Source: an uncultured Alphaproteobacteria bacterium (GTDB taxonomy: Bacteria > Pseudomonadota > Alphaproteobacteria > UBA2966). Taken from it: 64,000 nucleotides of DNA. Where the stretch lies: NCBI GenBank assembly GCA_958295725.1, contig OY282368.1:1384001-1448000 (forward strand), in the 5' to 3' direction. Position numbers and translations under genes: made by a program. The notes below the pieces were generated by a model. The model made no database searches. It was not told the origin of the DNA and was given only the letters and a program-made list of their open reading frames with translations. Position 1 is the stretch's first letter. The number at the start of each line of letters is the position of its first letter. Positions 32,005 to 43,254 of this stretch are shown in pieces.

Positions 32005-32168
32005 ACCGCCAAGTCGACGCGCGTCCCCGAATTCCGGGACGGTGTCCCGGCTCTCGGTGAGCATCCGGTCGTAACGCACCGCTTCATGAGCCGCGACCGG
32101 GTCTTGTCCGACGGACGGCCGACCCGTTAAACAGGGGCAGTCGCTGAACCGCGGACGGGGAGGACGGA

Positions 32169-33062
32169 ATGGCGGGAGAACGCATCGGATTCATCGGTCT
32201 CGGCAACATGGGCAACCCCATGGCGGCCAATCTGATATCGGCGGGATATCCCCTCATCTGCTACGATATCGCGGGCACCAGGGAACGGGCGCCCGAAGGG
32301 GCCGAGATCGCGGGGTCCGTCACTCAAATCGCCGGCAGCGCCGATTTCGCGATCCTCAGCGTGGCGAGCCGGCAGGCGGTCGAGGACATCGCGGAAGAGA
32401 TCGTGGCGGCAAACGACCGGACCGTCTCGGTCGTCGTCGATACCTCGACCATCGGCTCGAAGACCGCCCGCGCCGCCGAGGCCCGTCTGGGAACCGCCGA
32501 CATCGCCTACATCGACTCGCCCGTCGCGGGCGCGTCGGGCGGTACGGGGATCGGCCCGGCGGCGGCGGAGGCCGCGGCCCTGACGTTCATCGTCGCGGGC
32601 AAGAGCGGCGCCGTCGAGAGAGTCCGCCCGGTGCTCGAGAAAATGGGACGCAAGCTGTTCCACGTCGGCGAGGAGCCGGGCCAGGCGCAGGCCATCAAGC
32701 TGATCAACAACTTCCTGATCGGCACCGCGATGATCGCGACGAGCGAGGCGATGAACTACGGCTTGAGCCAGAACCTCGACATGAAGTCGATCCTCGAGGT
32801 GATCAATGTCTCGAGCGGTGCCAACGTCGCGACCTCCTACATCTTCCCCGCGTGCATCGAACCGGAGACCTACGACGTCGGCGCGGCGGTCGAGATTCTG
32901 GTGAAGGACGTCGGGGTCTATGTCGAGGAAATCGAGAACGGAAACCTTCCCAACGCCGTGGGTTCCGTGGTCAACGGGATCTGGGCGGACATGGGCCGGG
33001 AGATGCCGGAAGCGGACTTCACCCACGTGTTCCCCTTCATCCGGGATGGCGGGGAAGGGTAG
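32169..33062 (+). CDS. NAD(P)-dependent oxidoreductase, 3-hydroxyisobutyrate dehydrogenase/6-phosphogluconate dehydrogenase-like family
   Basis: N-terminal Rossmann motif IGFIGLGNMGNPMAANL. 297 aa. Confidence 0.8.
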   Translation: MAGERIGFIGLGNMGNPMAANLISAGYPLICYDIAGTRERAPEGAEIAGSVTQIAGSADFAILSVASRQAVEDIAEEIVAANDRTVSVVVDTSTIGSKTARAAEARLGTADIAYIDSPVAGASGGTGIGPAAAEAAALTFIVAGKSGAVERVRPVLEKMGRKLFHVGEEPGQAQAIKLINNFLIGTAMIATSEAMNYGLSQNLDMKSILEVINVSSGANVATSYIFPACIEPETYDVGAAVEILVKDVGVYVEEIENGNLPNAVGSVVNGIWADMGREMPEADFTHVFPFIRDGGEG

Positions 33063-33094
33063 CCGCGCGACAGACGTCACGTCAGGAGGATGCC

Positions 33095-33766
33095 ATGACC
33101 GATCAGATCAACGCCGACTTCTCCCGGTACGTCGTTAGCCAGACGAACGACATGGAATGGCGGCAGAGCCCCGCGCCGGGAATCTGGCGCAAACGCCTGG
33201 AACACGTCGGAGAGGCCGAGGCGGGCCGGGTCACGTCCGTCGTGCGGTTCGATCCCGGCGCTGGATTTCCGGATCATCCCCACCCGGACGGCGAGGAGAT
33301 TCTCGTCCTCGACGGCGTGCTCTCCGACGAGAGCGGCGACTACCCGGCCGGCACTTACATCCTCAACCCGGAAGGGACGAACCACGCTCCCCGGTCCGAA
33401 CGGGGCTGCACGCTGTTCGTGAAGCTGCGGCAGTATCCGGGAAGGGACCGCCCGCGCGTCGTCCTCGACACCAGGTCCGCGGAATGGCGGCCGGGCCGCA
33501 TGGAAGGCATGGAGTTCCTGCCGCTTTACAACGATACCGACCCCGGCAAGGGGATCACCCGCCTGACCCGGGTGCCGCCGGGATGCGACATGGGGAGGGA
33601 CCCTCACCCGGGCGGCGAGGAGGTCTTCGTCGTCGAGGGCCGCGTGGAGGACGAATACGGCCGGCACGACGCGGGCACGTGGTTTCGCCACCCGGTCGGC
33701 AGTGTGCATCATCCCCGTTCTCCGGAAGGATGCCTGCTCTACGTGAAGCGGGAACACCTCGGCTGA
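33095..33766 (+). CDS. Bicupin protein (ChrR-like cupin domains)
   Basis: AGGAGGA RBS. Two cupin modules (FPDHPHPDGEEILVLDGVLSDE...H and GRDPHPGGEEVFVVEGRVEDE...H). Confidence 0.7.
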   Translation: MTDQINADFSRYVVSQTNDMEWRQSPAPGIWRKRLEHVGEAEAGRVTSVVRFDPGAGFPDHPHPDGEEILVLDGVLSDESGDYPAGTYILNPEGTNHAPRSERGCTLFVKLRQYPGRDRPRVVLDTRSAEWRPGRMEGMEFLPLYNDTDPGKGITRLTRVPPGCDMGRDPHPGGEEVFVVEGRVEDEYGRHDAGTWFRHPVGSVHHPRSPEGCLLYVKREHLG

Positions 33767-33821
33767 AAACACCCGGCCGGGCGCGGCGGCGGACGGCGTT
33801 GGATTGGAAGGGGGGACGACC

Positions 33822-34565
33822 ATGAGCGGACGACTCGCGGGGAAGACGGCGCTCGTCACCGCCGCCGCGCGGGGCATAGGCCGGGCCACGGCCCTGGCCT
33901 TCGCGGCGGAAGGGGCGGCGGTGTGGGCGACCGATATCGACGAAGAGAAGCTCGGGGAACTCGACGGCGCCGCCGGCGTCACGCCGCGCGGGATGGACGT
34001 CACTGACCGCCGGGCCGTCGAGAGGACGATCGACGAAATCGGCGCGGTCGACGCGCTCGTGAACTGCGCGGGCTACGTTCACATGGGCGACATCCTCGCC
34101 TGCGGCGACGAGGCATGGGACCGGTCCTTCGACGTCAACGTCAGAGGGATGTTCCTGGTCACGCGCCGGATGCTGCCCGCCATGCTGGACGCCGGCGGCG
34201 GCGCCGTCGTCAACATCGCCTCGGTGGTCTCGTCGATCAAGGGCGTGAAGGAGCGCTGCGCCTACGGCGCGAGCAAGGGCGCCGTCATCGGTTTCACCAA
34301 GGCCGTCGCCGCCGACTACGTCGAGCGGGGCATACGGTGCAACGCCGTATGTCCCGGCACCGTCGACACCCCCTCGCTGGCCGAACGCATACGGGCCGGC
34401 GGAGACGACGAAGCGTCGACCCGCGCGGCCTATGTCGCCCGCCAGCCGATGGGGCGCCTCGGCGAGGCGGACGAGATCGCCCGGGCCTGCGTGTACCTCG
34501 CGTCGGACGACGCCGCCTTCGTGACCGGAACCGCCTTCGTCATCGACGGCGGCATGGTACTCTGA
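33822..34565 (+). CDS. SDR family oxidoreductase
   Basis: TALVTAAARGIGRA cofactor motif and YGASKGAV active-site motif. Confidence 0.85.
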   Translation: MSGRLAGKTALVTAAARGIGRATALAFAAEGAAVWATDIDEEKLGELDGAAGVTPRGMDVTDRRAVERTIDEIGAVDALVNCAGYVHMGDILACGDEAWDRSFDVNVRGMFLVTRRMLPAMLDAGGGAVVNIASVVSSIKGVKERCAYGASKGAVIGFTKAVAADYVERGIRCNAVCPGTVDTPSLAERIRAGGDDEASTRAAYVARQPMGRLGEADEIARACVYLASDDAAFVTGTAFVIDGGMVL

Positions 34566-34705
34566 CGACACGGCCTCCCCGGCGCCTCGACAGGAACGGG
34601 ACGGTTGTGACAACACCTGAATGTCGATTCCCGACGTTTTGAAATGACGATGGAAATCAAGACACGAGAGTCGATCTCCTTGCGCCCGTTCGAGGCGGAA
34701 ACGCG

Positions 34706-36052
34706 ATGAGCGAACGGGTCGCCATGCTCCGGGAGCCCTACGCGGGCTATCGCCAGCCTCGCGGCGTCGCGGAAGACGCGGAACTCACCCACGTCGGCCC
34801 CGGCACGCCGTGTGGAGAGTATCTGCGGCGCTTCTGGCAGCCGGTCTGCATGACCGGGCAACTCACCGATCTGCCCCTCGCCCTGACCGTCATGGGCGAA
34901 AACCTGGTGGCCTTCCGGGACAGGTCCGGACGGATCGGACTGCTGAACAGGCACTGCTCGCACCGGGGCGCCTCGCTCGAGTTCGGGATCGTCTCGGATC
35001 GCGGCATCCGCTGCTGCTATCATGGCTGGCTGTTCGACGTGGACGGCAGGATCCTCGAGACGCCGGGCGAGCCGCCGGACTCCCCGCTCAAGGACGGTTT
35101 CGTGCACGGGGCCTATCCGACCCGTGAATACAAGGGGCTGGTGTTCGCGTACATGGGGCCGCCCGGCGCCAAACCGGACTTCCCCGTCTACGACTCCCTG
35201 GAACTGCCGGACAACGAGATGGCGCCATACGCCATCCATTACCCCTGCAACTGGTTGCAGGTGAACGAAAACCCGGTCGATCCCTACCACAGCGTGTTTC
35301 TGCACAGTCGCGTGACCGAGGCGCACTTCGACGTGTCGTGGGGCGCCCTGCCGGTGGTCGAATGGCACGCGAAGGCGGGCGGCGCGGGCGTGCACCTCAC
35401 CAATACCCGACGCTGGAAGAATCATCTGTGGACGCGGATCAACGAGTGGGTCGCGCCCAACTTCGCCCAGACCCCGGACATCTACCAGAACCCCGACCGC
35501 GAGAAGTTCTTCGTCCGCGCCGGCCTCAGCAAATGGGCCGTGCCCGTCGACGACACCAACACGATGATCATCGCCTGGCGGCACTTCAACGACGATCTCG
35601 ACGCGGACGGCAAGGGCGACCGCTCCGCGATCGGGTTCAACAAGGTCGATTTCCTGGGCCAGACCGGCGCGCGGTCCTACGAGGAGGGGCAGCGGATTCC
35701 GGGCGACTACGAAGCCCAGGTGGGGCAGGGGCCGATCAATATCCACGCGCTCGGGACTCTCGGATACACGGATACGGGCGTGGCGCTGCTGCGCCGGACC
35801 TTGCGCGAAGGCATCCGGGCGGTCGGGGAGGGCCGGGATCCTCCCGTACTGGCGCCGACGCCCGCGGGCCACGCGCCCACGCAGTGCGGCGACGTCATCG
35901 TCGACGTCGGGGACATGCCGGACGACCGGGAAATCCAGGGCGAGATCGGCCGGGCCATCGGCCGCATCGTCGTCGAGACCGATAACCTGCCTTACGCCGA
36001 ACGCCGCGCCGAGATCGAGAGGCGCGTCCGCATGTATCTCGCGGAGCGCTGA
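34706..36052 (+). CDS. Rieske [2Fe-2S] aromatic ring-hydroxylating oxygenase alpha-subunit-like protein
   Basis: CSHRGASLEFG...CCYHGWLFD Rieske motif. 448 aa. Confidence 0.8.
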   Translation: MSERVAMLREPYAGYRQPRGVAEDAELTHVGPGTPCGEYLRRFWQPVCMTGQLTDLPLALTVMGENLVAFRDRSGRIGLLNRHCSHRGASLEFGIVSDRGIRCCYHGWLFDVDGRILETPGEPPDSPLKDGFVHGAYPTREYKGLVFAYMGPPGAKPDFPVYDSLELPDNEMAPYAIHYPCNWLQVNENPVDPYHSVFLHSRVTEAHFDVSWGALPVVEWHAKAGGAGVHLTNTRRWKNHLWTRINEWVAPNFAQTPDIYQNPDREKFFVRAGLSKWAVPVDDTNTMIIAWRHFNDDLDADGKGDRSAIGFNKVDFLGQTGARSYEEGQRIPGDYEAQVGQGPINIHALGTLGYTDTGVALLRRTLREGIRAVGEGRDPPVLAPTPAGHAPTQCGDVIVDVGDMPDDREIQGEIGRAIGRIVVETDNLPYAERRAEIERRVRMYLAER

Positions 36053-36196
36053 CCGGCGCGCCGCCGACCGGTGCCGGCCATGGCCAGTATGAGAAATGCG
36101 GGCTAACGTTTTCCCCAGGCGCCGCGAGGTCGCGCGGAGACCGGCGGCCCGCATCGCCCGTGAAATCGGATACCATACGAGGGAAGGGAGGGTCCC

Positions 36197-37789
36197 ATGT
36201 TTTCCGGTAGAACCCTGGCGGCGGCGTGCGTCGCGGCATCGATCGCGGCCGCTCTCCCCGCGAGCGCCAAGACGCTGATCTATTGCTCGGAAGGAAGCCC
36301 CGAGGGCTTCAATCCGCAGCTCTACGTGGCAGGGACCACGTTCGACGCGTCCTCGCGCCAGATTTACAACCGCCTCGTCGAGTTCGAGCTCGGCACGACG
36401 GAGATCATCCCGGCGCTGGCGGAATCGTGGACGGTTTCCGACGACGGCACCGTCTACACCTTCGAGCTGCGGCGCGGCGTCAAATGGCACGACACCCCGG
36501 AGTTCAAGGCGACCCGGGACTTCAACGCCGACGACGTCGTGTTCAGCTTCGGGCGTCAGCTCGACAAGGACCACCCGTATCACAAGGTATCGGGGGGGAG
36601 CTACGAGTACTTCAACGGCATGGACATGCCCAACCTGCTGAAAAGCGTGGAGAAGGTCGACGACCATACGGTCCGTTTCACGCTGAACCGGCCGGAGGCG
36701 CCGTTCATCGCCGACCTCGGCATGGACTTCGCGTCGATCCTGTCGGCCGAGTACGCGGACAGGATGCTGGCGGCCGGCGCGCCGGAGAAGGTCGACCTGG
36801 AGCCCGTCGGAACCGGCCCCTTCCAGCTCGTCGACTACCAGAAGGACGCCGTGATCCGTTACAAGGCCCACCCCGACTATTTCCGCGGCAAGGCGGCGAT
36901 CGACAACCTCGTGTTCGCGATCACGCCGGACGCGTCGGTCCGGTACGCGAAGCTCAAGGCGGGCGAATGTCACGTCATGCCCTATCCCAATCCCGCCGAC
37001 CTGCCGGCCATGAAGATGGATCCGGACATCGAGGTCATGGAACAGGAAGGCCTGAACGTCGGTTATCTCGCGTTCAATACGGAAAAGGAGCCGTTCACGG
37101 ACAAGCGGGTCCGACGGGCCCTGAACCACGCCGTCAACAAGCAGGCCATCATCGACGCGGTGTTCCAGGAGGCGGGCCGCATCGCGAAGAACCCGATTCC
37201 GCCGACGATGTGGTCGTACAACGAGAACGTTCGGGACTATCCCTACGACCCGGAAAAGGCCGAACGGTTGCTGGCCGAGGCGGGGTATCCCGACGGCTTC
37301 GAGACCGACATCTGGGCGATGCCGGTGCAGCGGCCCTACAACCCGAACGCGCGCCGGATGGCCGAGCTGATTCAGGCGGATTTCGCGAAAGTCGGCGTGA
37401 AGGCCCGGATCGTCAGCTACGAATGGGGCGAATACCTCAAACGCAGCAGGGACGGAGAACACCGGACGTTGCTGCTGGGGTGGACCGGGGACAATGGCGA
37501 TCCCGACAATTTCCTTCACGTCCTTCTCGGTTGCGCCGGCGCCAAGGGCACCAACCGGGCGCGATGGTGCCATCGGTCGTTCGACGACCTCATCATCGAG
37601 GCCAAACTCACGACGGACGTCGCCAGACGGACCGAGCTCTACATGAAGGCTCAGGAAATCTTCAAGGAAGAGGCGCCCTGGGTCACGATCGCGCACTCGA
37701 TCGTCTACATGCCGATGCGGCGGAACGTGACGGGGTACAAGGTCGACCCGTTGGGCGGACACGTGTTCTACGGCGTGGACCTGCGATAG
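36197..37789 (+). CDS. ABC transporter substrate-binding protein, peptide/nickel (DppA/OppA family 5)
   Basis: Signal peptide then [15 protein letters not shown]... body typical of family-5 SBPs. Followed by DppBCDF-like genes. Confidence 0.85.
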   Translation: MFSGRTLAAACVAASIAAALPASAKTLIYCSEGSPEGFNPQLYVAGTTFDASSRQIYNRLVEFELGTTEIIPALAESWTVSDDGTVYTFELRRGVKWHDTPEFKATRDFNADDVVFSFGRQLDKDHPYHKVSGGSYEYFNGMDMPNLLKSVEKVDDHTVRFTLNRPEAPFIADLGMDFASILSAEYADRMLAAGAPEKVDLEPVGTGPFQLVDYQKDAVIRYKAHPDYFRGKAAIDNLVFAITPDASVRYAKLKAGECHVMPYPNPADLPAMKMDPDIEVMEQEGLNVGYLAFNTEKEPFTDKRVRRALNHAVNKQAIIDAVFQEAGRIAKNPIPPTMWSYNENVRDYPYDPEKAERLLAEAGYPDGFETDIWAMPVQRPYNPNARRMAELIQADFAKVGVKARIVSYEWGEYLKRSRDGEHRTLLLGWTGDNGDPDNFLHVLLGCAGAKGTNRARWCHRSFDDLIIEAKLTTDVARRTELYMKAQEIFKEEAPWVTIAHSIVYMPMRRNVTGYKVDPLGGHVFYGVDLR

Positions 37790-37917
37790 GCCGCGTCGTC
37801 CGCCGCCGCGACGGCGCGGGCGGGAAGGGACGCCGGCCCGCCGTCGCCCGCGTTCCCCATGTATCGGTCCGGAAACCTCTTTGCGTGTAAGGGACGGGGA
37901 AGGGGAGGCGCCGGGAC

Positions 37918-38928
37918 GTGCTTCGATTTCTGGCGACACGGGTCAGCCTGATCGTCCCGACGTTCATCGGGGTGACGTTACTGACGTTCGCGCTGATCCG
38001 CGTCATTCCCGGCGACCCCATCGAACTGTTGGCGGGGGAACGCGGCATCGATCCCGCCCGGCACGCCGAACTCAGGGCCGATCTCGGGCTCGACAAGCCC
38101 CTGCTGGTTCAATACGGCGTCTACATCGCCAACGTCGCGCGAGGGGATCTGGGCGAATCGATCCTCACGCGGGAGCCGGTGCTCGAAGAGTTTCTGGCGC
38201 GCTTCCCGGCGACTTTCGAGCTCTCCGTCTGCGCGATCCTGTTCGCGCTCGCGATCGGCCTCCCGGCCGGCGTGCTGGCCGCCGTCCGGCGGGGTTCGGC
38301 GATGGATCACACCGTGATGGCGGTATCCCTGACGGGGTTCTCGATGCCCGTTTTCTGGTGGGCGCTACTCGCGATCCTGTTCTTTTCCGTGACGCTCGGC
38401 TGGACGCCCGTATCGGGCCGGATCTCGTTGCTCTACTTCCTCGAACCCGTTACCGGATTCATGCTGATCGACTCATGGCTGTCGAGCGAGCCCGGCGCGT
38501 TCAGGTCCGCGGTCCTTCATCTCGTCCTTCCCTCGATGGTGCTCGGCACGATCCCGCTCGCCGTCGTCGCCCGCATGACCCGCTCCTCGATGCTCGAGGT
38601 GATGGGCGACGATTACATCCGGACCGCGCGCGCCAAGGGAGCCTCGCCGCTACGGGTCGTCGCCGTTCACGCGCTGCGCAACGCCGCGATCCCGGTGGTG
38701 ACGGTCATCGGCCTGCAAACCGGAGTGTTGCTGGCCGGCGCGATCCTGACCGAGACCATCTTCGCCTGGCCGGGCATCGGGAAATGGCTGGTGGAGTCGG
38801 TGCACCGGCGGGACTATCCGGTATTGCAGGGCGGCGTCCTGCTGGTCGCCGCGACGGTCATGGTCGTCAACCTTCTGGTCGATGCGCTTTACGGCTTCAT
38901 CAACCCGCGCATCCGGCACACGCGATAG
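37918..38928 (+). CDS. ABC transporter permease (DppB-like)
   Basis: [35 protein letters not shown]-terminus typical of DppB/OppB. GTG start. Confidence 0.85.
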   Translation: MLRFLATRVSLIVPTFIGVTLLTFALIRVIPGDPIELLAGERGIDPARHAELRADLGLDKPLLVQYGVYIANVARGDLGESILTREPVLEEFLARFPATFELSVCAILFALAIGLPAGVLAAVRRGSAMDHTVMAVSLTGFSMPVFWWALLAILFFSVTLGWTPVSGRISLLYFLEPVTGFMLIDSWLSSEPGAFRSAVLHLVLPSMVLGTIPLAVVARMTRSSMLEVMGDDYIRTARAKGASPLRVVAVHALRNAAIPVVTVIGLQTGVLLAGAILTETIFAWPGIGKWLVESVHRRDYPVLQGGVLLVAATVMVVNLLVDALYGFINPRIRHTR

Positions 38929-38931
38929 CGC

Positions 38932-39825
38932 ATGACCGCCGCCGCCAAAATCCGGCCCGTGGCGTCGCCGAACCCGCTGGCGCGGTTCTGGTGGGTCTTT
39001 CGGGAGAATCCGGGCGCCGTGGTCGGCCTGTGGGTCATCTCGGCCATCGTCGTTGCGGCGCTGCTGGCCGACGCGATCGCGCCGCACCCGCCTCACGAGC
39101 AGTACCGCGACGCCTTTCTGACGCCGCCGGCCTTCGCGCGGGGCGGAACATGGCGATACCCCCTCGGCACCGACGATATCGGACGCGACATCCTTTCACG
39201 CATCGTCCACGGCGCCCGGCTCTCCCTGCTCGTCGGCGGCATCGTCGTATCGCTGTCCCTCGCGGCGGGGATACTGTTGGGACTTCTCGCGGGCTTCACG
39301 CGCGGGATCGTCGAGATCGCGATCATGCGATCGATGGACATCATGTTGGCCCTGCCGGCGCTACTCCTGGCCATCGTCATCGTTGCCGTGTTGGGGCCGG
39401 GTCTGACCAACGCGATGTACGCGATCGCGATCGTCAGCCTGCCTCACTATGTGCGCCTGACCCGGGCGGCCGTGATCGCGGAGCGCACGAAGGATTACGT
39501 CATCGCCTCGCGCCTCGCCGGCGCGGGGGTCCCGAGGCTCGCCTTCGTCACGGTGCTGCCGAACTGTCTCGCGCCGCTCATCGTGCAGGCGACGCTGGGT
39601 TTCTCCACGGCCGTCCTCGACGTCGCCGCGCTGGGGTTCCTGGGCCTCGGGGCGCAGCCGCCGACGCCGGAATGGGGCACGATGCTGGCCGACGCGCGGC
39701 AGTTCATGCAGCGGGCGTGGTGGGTCGTGACGTTTCCGGGACTGGCGATCCTGATAACCGTGCTGTCCTTCAATCTTCTCGGCGACGGACTGCGCGATGC
39801 ACTGGACCCGAGGATGAGGCGATGA
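38932..39825 (+). CDS. ABC transporter permease (DppC-like)
   Basis: [23 protein letters not shown] motif region typical of DppC/OppC. Confidence 0.85.
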   Translation: MTAAAKIRPVASPNPLARFWWVFRENPGAVVGLWVISAIVVAALLADAIAPHPPHEQYRDAFLTPPAFARGGTWRYPLGTDDIGRDILSRIVHGARLSLLVGGIVVSLSLAAGILLGLLAGFTRGIVEIAIMRSMDIMLALPALLLAIVIVAVLGPGLTNAMYAIAIVSLPHYVRLTRAAVIAERTKDYVIASRLAGAGVPRLAFVTVLPNCLAPLIVQATLGFSTAVLDVAALGFLGLGAQPPTPEWGTMLADARQFMQRAWWVVTFPGLAILITVLSFNLLGDGLRDALDPRMRR

Positions 39826-40805
39826 CGGCGCTCCTCGACATCGAGGGATTGACCGTGGAATTCCGCGCGCGGAGCGGTTCGTCGCGTGCGGTCGACGACG
39901 TCGCGTTCCACGTGAGGGAAGGGGAGGTCGTCGGAATCGTCGGCGAATCGGGCTCCGGGAAAAGCGTGACCGCGCTGGCGGCCATGGGTCTGATCGTCCA
40001 TCCCGGCCATGCCTCCGCCCGCAAGCTCGAGTTCGACGGACGCGATCTGACGAGTCTGGACGCCGGCGCGCGCCGCCGGATCAACGGCCGCGAGCTGGCA
40101 ATGATCTTCCAGGAGCCGCTGACCAGCCTGAATCCGTGTTTCACGGTCGGCTTCCAGATCATGGAGGCCATCCGCATCCATGACGGCGGCAGTCGTCGAA
40201 CGCGCCGCGCCCGGGCCATCGAGCTTCTCGACCAGGTCGGCATACCCGATCCCGAGTCGAGACTGCGCTCGTTTCCGCATCAGTTGTCGGGCGGCATGAA
40301 TCAGCGCGCGATGATCGCCATGGCGATCGCCTGCAACCCGCGATTGCTGATCGCCGACGAACCGACGACGGCGCTCGATGTCACGATCCAGGCCCAGATC
40401 CTCGATCTGCTGCTCTCTCTGCAACGGGACCGCGGGATGGCATTGGTTCTCATCACGCACGACCTCGGGGTGATTTCCGAGACGGCGGAACGGGTCCTCG
40501 TGATGTATGCCGGTCGGGTCGTCGAGACGAGCGACGCGGACGCGCTCTTTTCGGCGCCGCGCCATCCCTATACGGCCGCGCTGATGGACGCGTTGCCCGA
40601 ACGGGCCGAGCGCCAACGACGCCTGACGAGCATCCCGGGCGTGGTTCCCGGCATCCATGACCGGCCCTCGGGTTGCCTGTTCCACCCACGCTGCCGTTTC
40701 GCGACGGAGCGGTGCCGGACGATCGCGCCGGAAATCTCGTCGTTTCGCGATGGCCAGTCGCGTTGCCATACGCCACTGGACGCGGAAGGGCGGCCCACGG
40801 CATGA
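39822..40805 (+). CDS. ABC transporter ATP-binding protein (DppD-like)
   Basis: Walker A GESGSGKS, signature LSGGMNQR, Walker [17 protein letters not shown] overlap with the permease gene. Confidence 0.85.
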   Translation: MTALLDIEGLTVEFRARSGSSRAVDDVAFHVREGEVVGIVGESGSGKSVTALAAMGLIVHPGHASARKLEFDGRDLTSLDAGARRRINGRELAMIFQEPLTSLNPCFTVGFQIMEAIRIHDGGSRRTRRARAIELLDQVGIPDPESRLRSFPHQLSGGMNQRAMIAMAIACNPRLLIADEPTTALDVTIQAQILDLLLSLQRDRGMALVLITHDLGVISETAERVLVMYAGRVVETSDADALFSAPRHPYTAALMDALPERAERQRRLTSIPGVVPGIHDRPSGCLFHPRCRFATERCRTIAPEISSFRDGQSRCHTPLDAEGRPTA

Positions 40806-41779
40806 CGTCGTCCCCCATCCTCGAAGCCATCGACCTCGCGCGCCACTATCGGGTCAACCGGGGAGTCCTGCGGCGCCCGGCGACACTCCGGGCTCTGGAC
40901 GGCGTTTCGTTCGTTCTCTCGCCGGGAAGGACGCTGGCGGTGGTCGGCGAATCGGGAAGCGGCAAGTCCACGCTCGCGCGCCAGATCACGTTGATCGAAA
41001 CCCCGACCAGCGGCGACATCCTTTTCTCCGGCCGAGGCGTCGACTCGTTCGACAAGAGCGAATGGCCGGAGTTGCGCCGCTCGATTCAGATGGTTTTCCA
41101 GGACCCTTATGGCTCCCTGAACCCGCGAAAGACCGTGGGCGCGATTCTCGGCGAGCCCCTGGCCATAAACTCGACGTTGGGCGCGTCCGCGCGTCGCGAC
41201 GCCGTCCACGAGATGATGGCCAAGGTCGGTTTGCGGCCCGAGCTGTCGGGGCGATACCCGCACATGTTTTCGGGAGGCCAACGGCAGCGTATCGCCATCG
41301 CCCGGGCATTGATGTCGAATCCCCGGATCGTGGTCGCGGACGAGCCGGTCTCCGCCCTCGACGTCTCGGTGCGGGCCCAGGTCATCAACCTGATGCTCGA
41401 CCTCAGGGACGAGTTCCATCTCGCCTACGTCTTCATCTCGCACGATCTTTCCGTCGTCCGTTTCATCGCCGATGAAGTCATCGTCCTGTATCTGGGACGT
41501 CCCGTCGAAAAGGCCGCCGTCGAGACCTTGTTCGAGACGCCCGCCCATCCATATACGCGCCTCTTGATCGCCAGTACGCCGCGGGCGGACAACACCGCTC
41601 GTAGAGAGCGCGTGGCGCCGCATGGTGAAATCCCGTCCCCTCTGTCTCCGCCGTCCGGCTGCGCCTTCAGGATCCGATGTCCCTTCGCGGCTCGCGTCTG
41701 CGAGGACAAGCGGCCGGAACTGCGACCGTTCGCGAACCGCGAGGTCGCCTGCCACCGTGTCGAGGACATCGCAGGCTGA
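40802..41779 (+). CDS. ABC transporter ATP-binding protein (DppF-like)
   Basis: Walker [10 protein letters not shown], signature FSGGQRQR, Walker [17 protein letters not shown] overlap with the upstream ATPase gene. Confidence 0.85.
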   Translation: MTSSPILEAIDLARHYRVNRGVLRRPATLRALDGVSFVLSPGRTLAVVGESGSGKSTLARQITLIETPTSGDILFSGRGVDSFDKSEWPELRRSIQMVFQDPYGSLNPRKTVGAILGEPLAINSTLGASARRDAVHEMMAKVGLRPELSGRYPHMFSGGQRQRIAIARALMSNPRIVVADEPVSALDVSVRAQVINLMLDLRDEFHLAYVFISHDLSVVRFIADEVIVLYLGRPVEKAAVETLFETPAHPYTRLLIASTPRADNTARRERVAPHGEIPSPLSPPSGCAFRIRCPFAARVCEDKRPELRPFANREVACHRVEDIAG

Positions 41780-41839
41780 GGCGCCGAGTCGCGAGACGTC
41801 CGTTCGAGCGACGCCTCCTCGACGACGGCTCCCGTCGGA

Positions 41840-42262
41840 TCAGTGCAACGAGGCGCCGGGGAGGTCGACTTCGGGCGCTGGTTCGCGCGCGGCGCATGGT
41901 CCCGCGTGATGGTGGATCATGCGCCAGCCCCCGTCTTGGTGCGCGAACACGTTCGTGGCAACCAGGAGGCTACCGTCGACCACCTCGTTGCAGGTGACAA
42001 AAGCGGCGTTGCCGAGCAGGACGGCGCGAGCCGCCCGGTATCGGATCCGGGGCGCCGCGCCCCCTTCGAGGATCGTCTGCCAGCTCTTCATGACGTCGTG
42101 GTAGCACGTCAGGACGTCCCATCCCGGGTGCACGCACGTGATATTGTCGTCGCGCGCCCAGACCTCGATCATGGCCGCGAAGTCGGCGTTCGCGAACGCC
42201 GTGTAAAATGCCCCGTTCGTCTGCAGGACCGCTTGCCGGTCGCCCATCGCCGCCCGCTCCAT
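41840..42262 (-). CDS. Nuclear transport factor 2 / SnoaL-like (DUF4440-type) family protein
   Basis: LQTNGAFYTAFANADFAAMIEVWARDDNITCVHPGW...VATNVFAHQDGGWRMIHHHA pattern. Start is uncertain (42262 or 42247). Confidence 0.6.
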   Translation of the reverse strand: MERAAMGDRQAVLQTNGAFYTAFANADFAAMIEVWARDDNITCVHPGWDVLTCYHDVMKSWQTILEGGAAPRIRYRAARAVLLGNAAFVTCNEVVDGSLLVATNVFAHQDGGWRMIHHHAGPCAAREPAPEVDLPGASLH

Positions 42263-42360
42263 ACGCCCGTCTCGCAGGATGATGGCACGGGAACGAAGTC
42301 GCGGCCAACGGCACATCCGCGGCAGGGGGGACGACCGACCCGTCACGCGACCCCGAGACC

Positions 42361-43200
42361 GTGAAACGTCACGTTGTCCGATGTGCAAGGAGCGAATATC
42401 AAGGCGCCGTGTACGCAACCGCATCGATCCTGCTATCCATCATCCTGGATCCGGCAACGATCCTGTTGACCGTTCTCGGCGCGGGTATCGTCCTGCTCTG
42501 GACGCGGTGGCGGAACGCGGGACGGACGATGGCCGCCGTCGCGACGCTGGCCTTCGTCGCGGTCGCCACGGTCCCTATCGGCTCCTGGCTGGTCTCGCCG
42601 CTGGAAGATCGCTTTCCGCCACCGGAACCGAGCCCCTCACGAGTCCATGGAATCGTCGTTCTGGGCGGCGCGGTCGCGTTGGCGATATCGACGGCCCACG
42701 AACAGCCGTCGCTGTCCGACAATGCGGAACGCCTGACCGCGTTCGCGATGCTGGCGCGGCGACACCCCGAGGCCCGCCTGATCTACACCGGCGGATACCG
42801 TTCCCTGAACCCCCCCGAGGTTATGGAAGGGGAGGTCGCGTCGGCATTGCTCGCCGACCTCGGTGTCGACACGACAAGACTGGCCGTCGACAACGGCGCG
42901 CGCAATACGATCGACAACGCGGAGCGGGCATTCGAACTGGCGTCTCCGAAACCCGGCGAAATATGGTTGCTCGTCACGTCCGCCCGTCACATGCCGCGCG
43001 CCATGGGCGCGTTTCGGAAGGTGGGATGGCCCGATATCGTCCCCTATCCGGTCGATTACCGGACCGCCGCCGCGTCTGCGGTGTTCGGGTGCGATCTCCG
43101 GTCCGGCCTGAATCTCCTGAAGCACGCGCAACACGAATGGATCGGCCTTGTCGTCTACCGCCTGATGGGTAAGTCGTCCGAACTGTTTCCGGCGCCGTGA
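42361..43200 (+). CDS. YdcF/DUF218 family protein
   Basis: N-terminal TM helices then GIVVLGG... and LVTSARHMPRA motifs typical of DUF218. Start codon uncertain. Confidence 0.65.
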   Translation: MKRHVVRCARSEYQGAVYATASILLSIILDPATILLTVLGAGIVLLWTRWRNAGRTMAAVATLAFVAVATVPIGSWLVSPLEDRFPPPEPSPSRVHGIVVLGGAVALAISTAHEQPSLSDNAERLTAFAMLARRHPEARLIYTGGYRSLNPPEVMEGEVASALLADLGVDTTRLAVDNGARNTIDNAERAFELASPKPGEIWLLVTSARHMPRAMGAFRKVGWPDIVPYPVDYRTAAASAVFGCDLRSGLNLLKHAQHEWIGLVVYRLMGKSSELFPAP

Positions 43201-43254
43201 CCAGGAGGACGTTGCAGGCGTCCGGGGGCTGTGACACAAAGTGCGTATCTGTCG

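Noticed and set aside
30936-32130. Six long ORFs (331-374 aa) in all frames through the 31.1-32.0 kb region
   Set aside because: They run through a ~125-bp tandem repeat whose period is not a multiple of 3. The reading frame therefore changes from unit to unit. They are stop-free only because of GC richness.
34430-37939. 1169-aa minus-strand ORF across the Rieske/DppA genes. Similar long antisense or off-frame ORFs at 8068-9735, 13041-15029, 27574-29790, 55883-57151, 61151-62995, 43762-45258 and 1185-2900
   Set aside because: No recognisable motifs and an extreme Arg/Pro/Asp bias. Each lies opposite or out of frame to a gene with clear family signatures.
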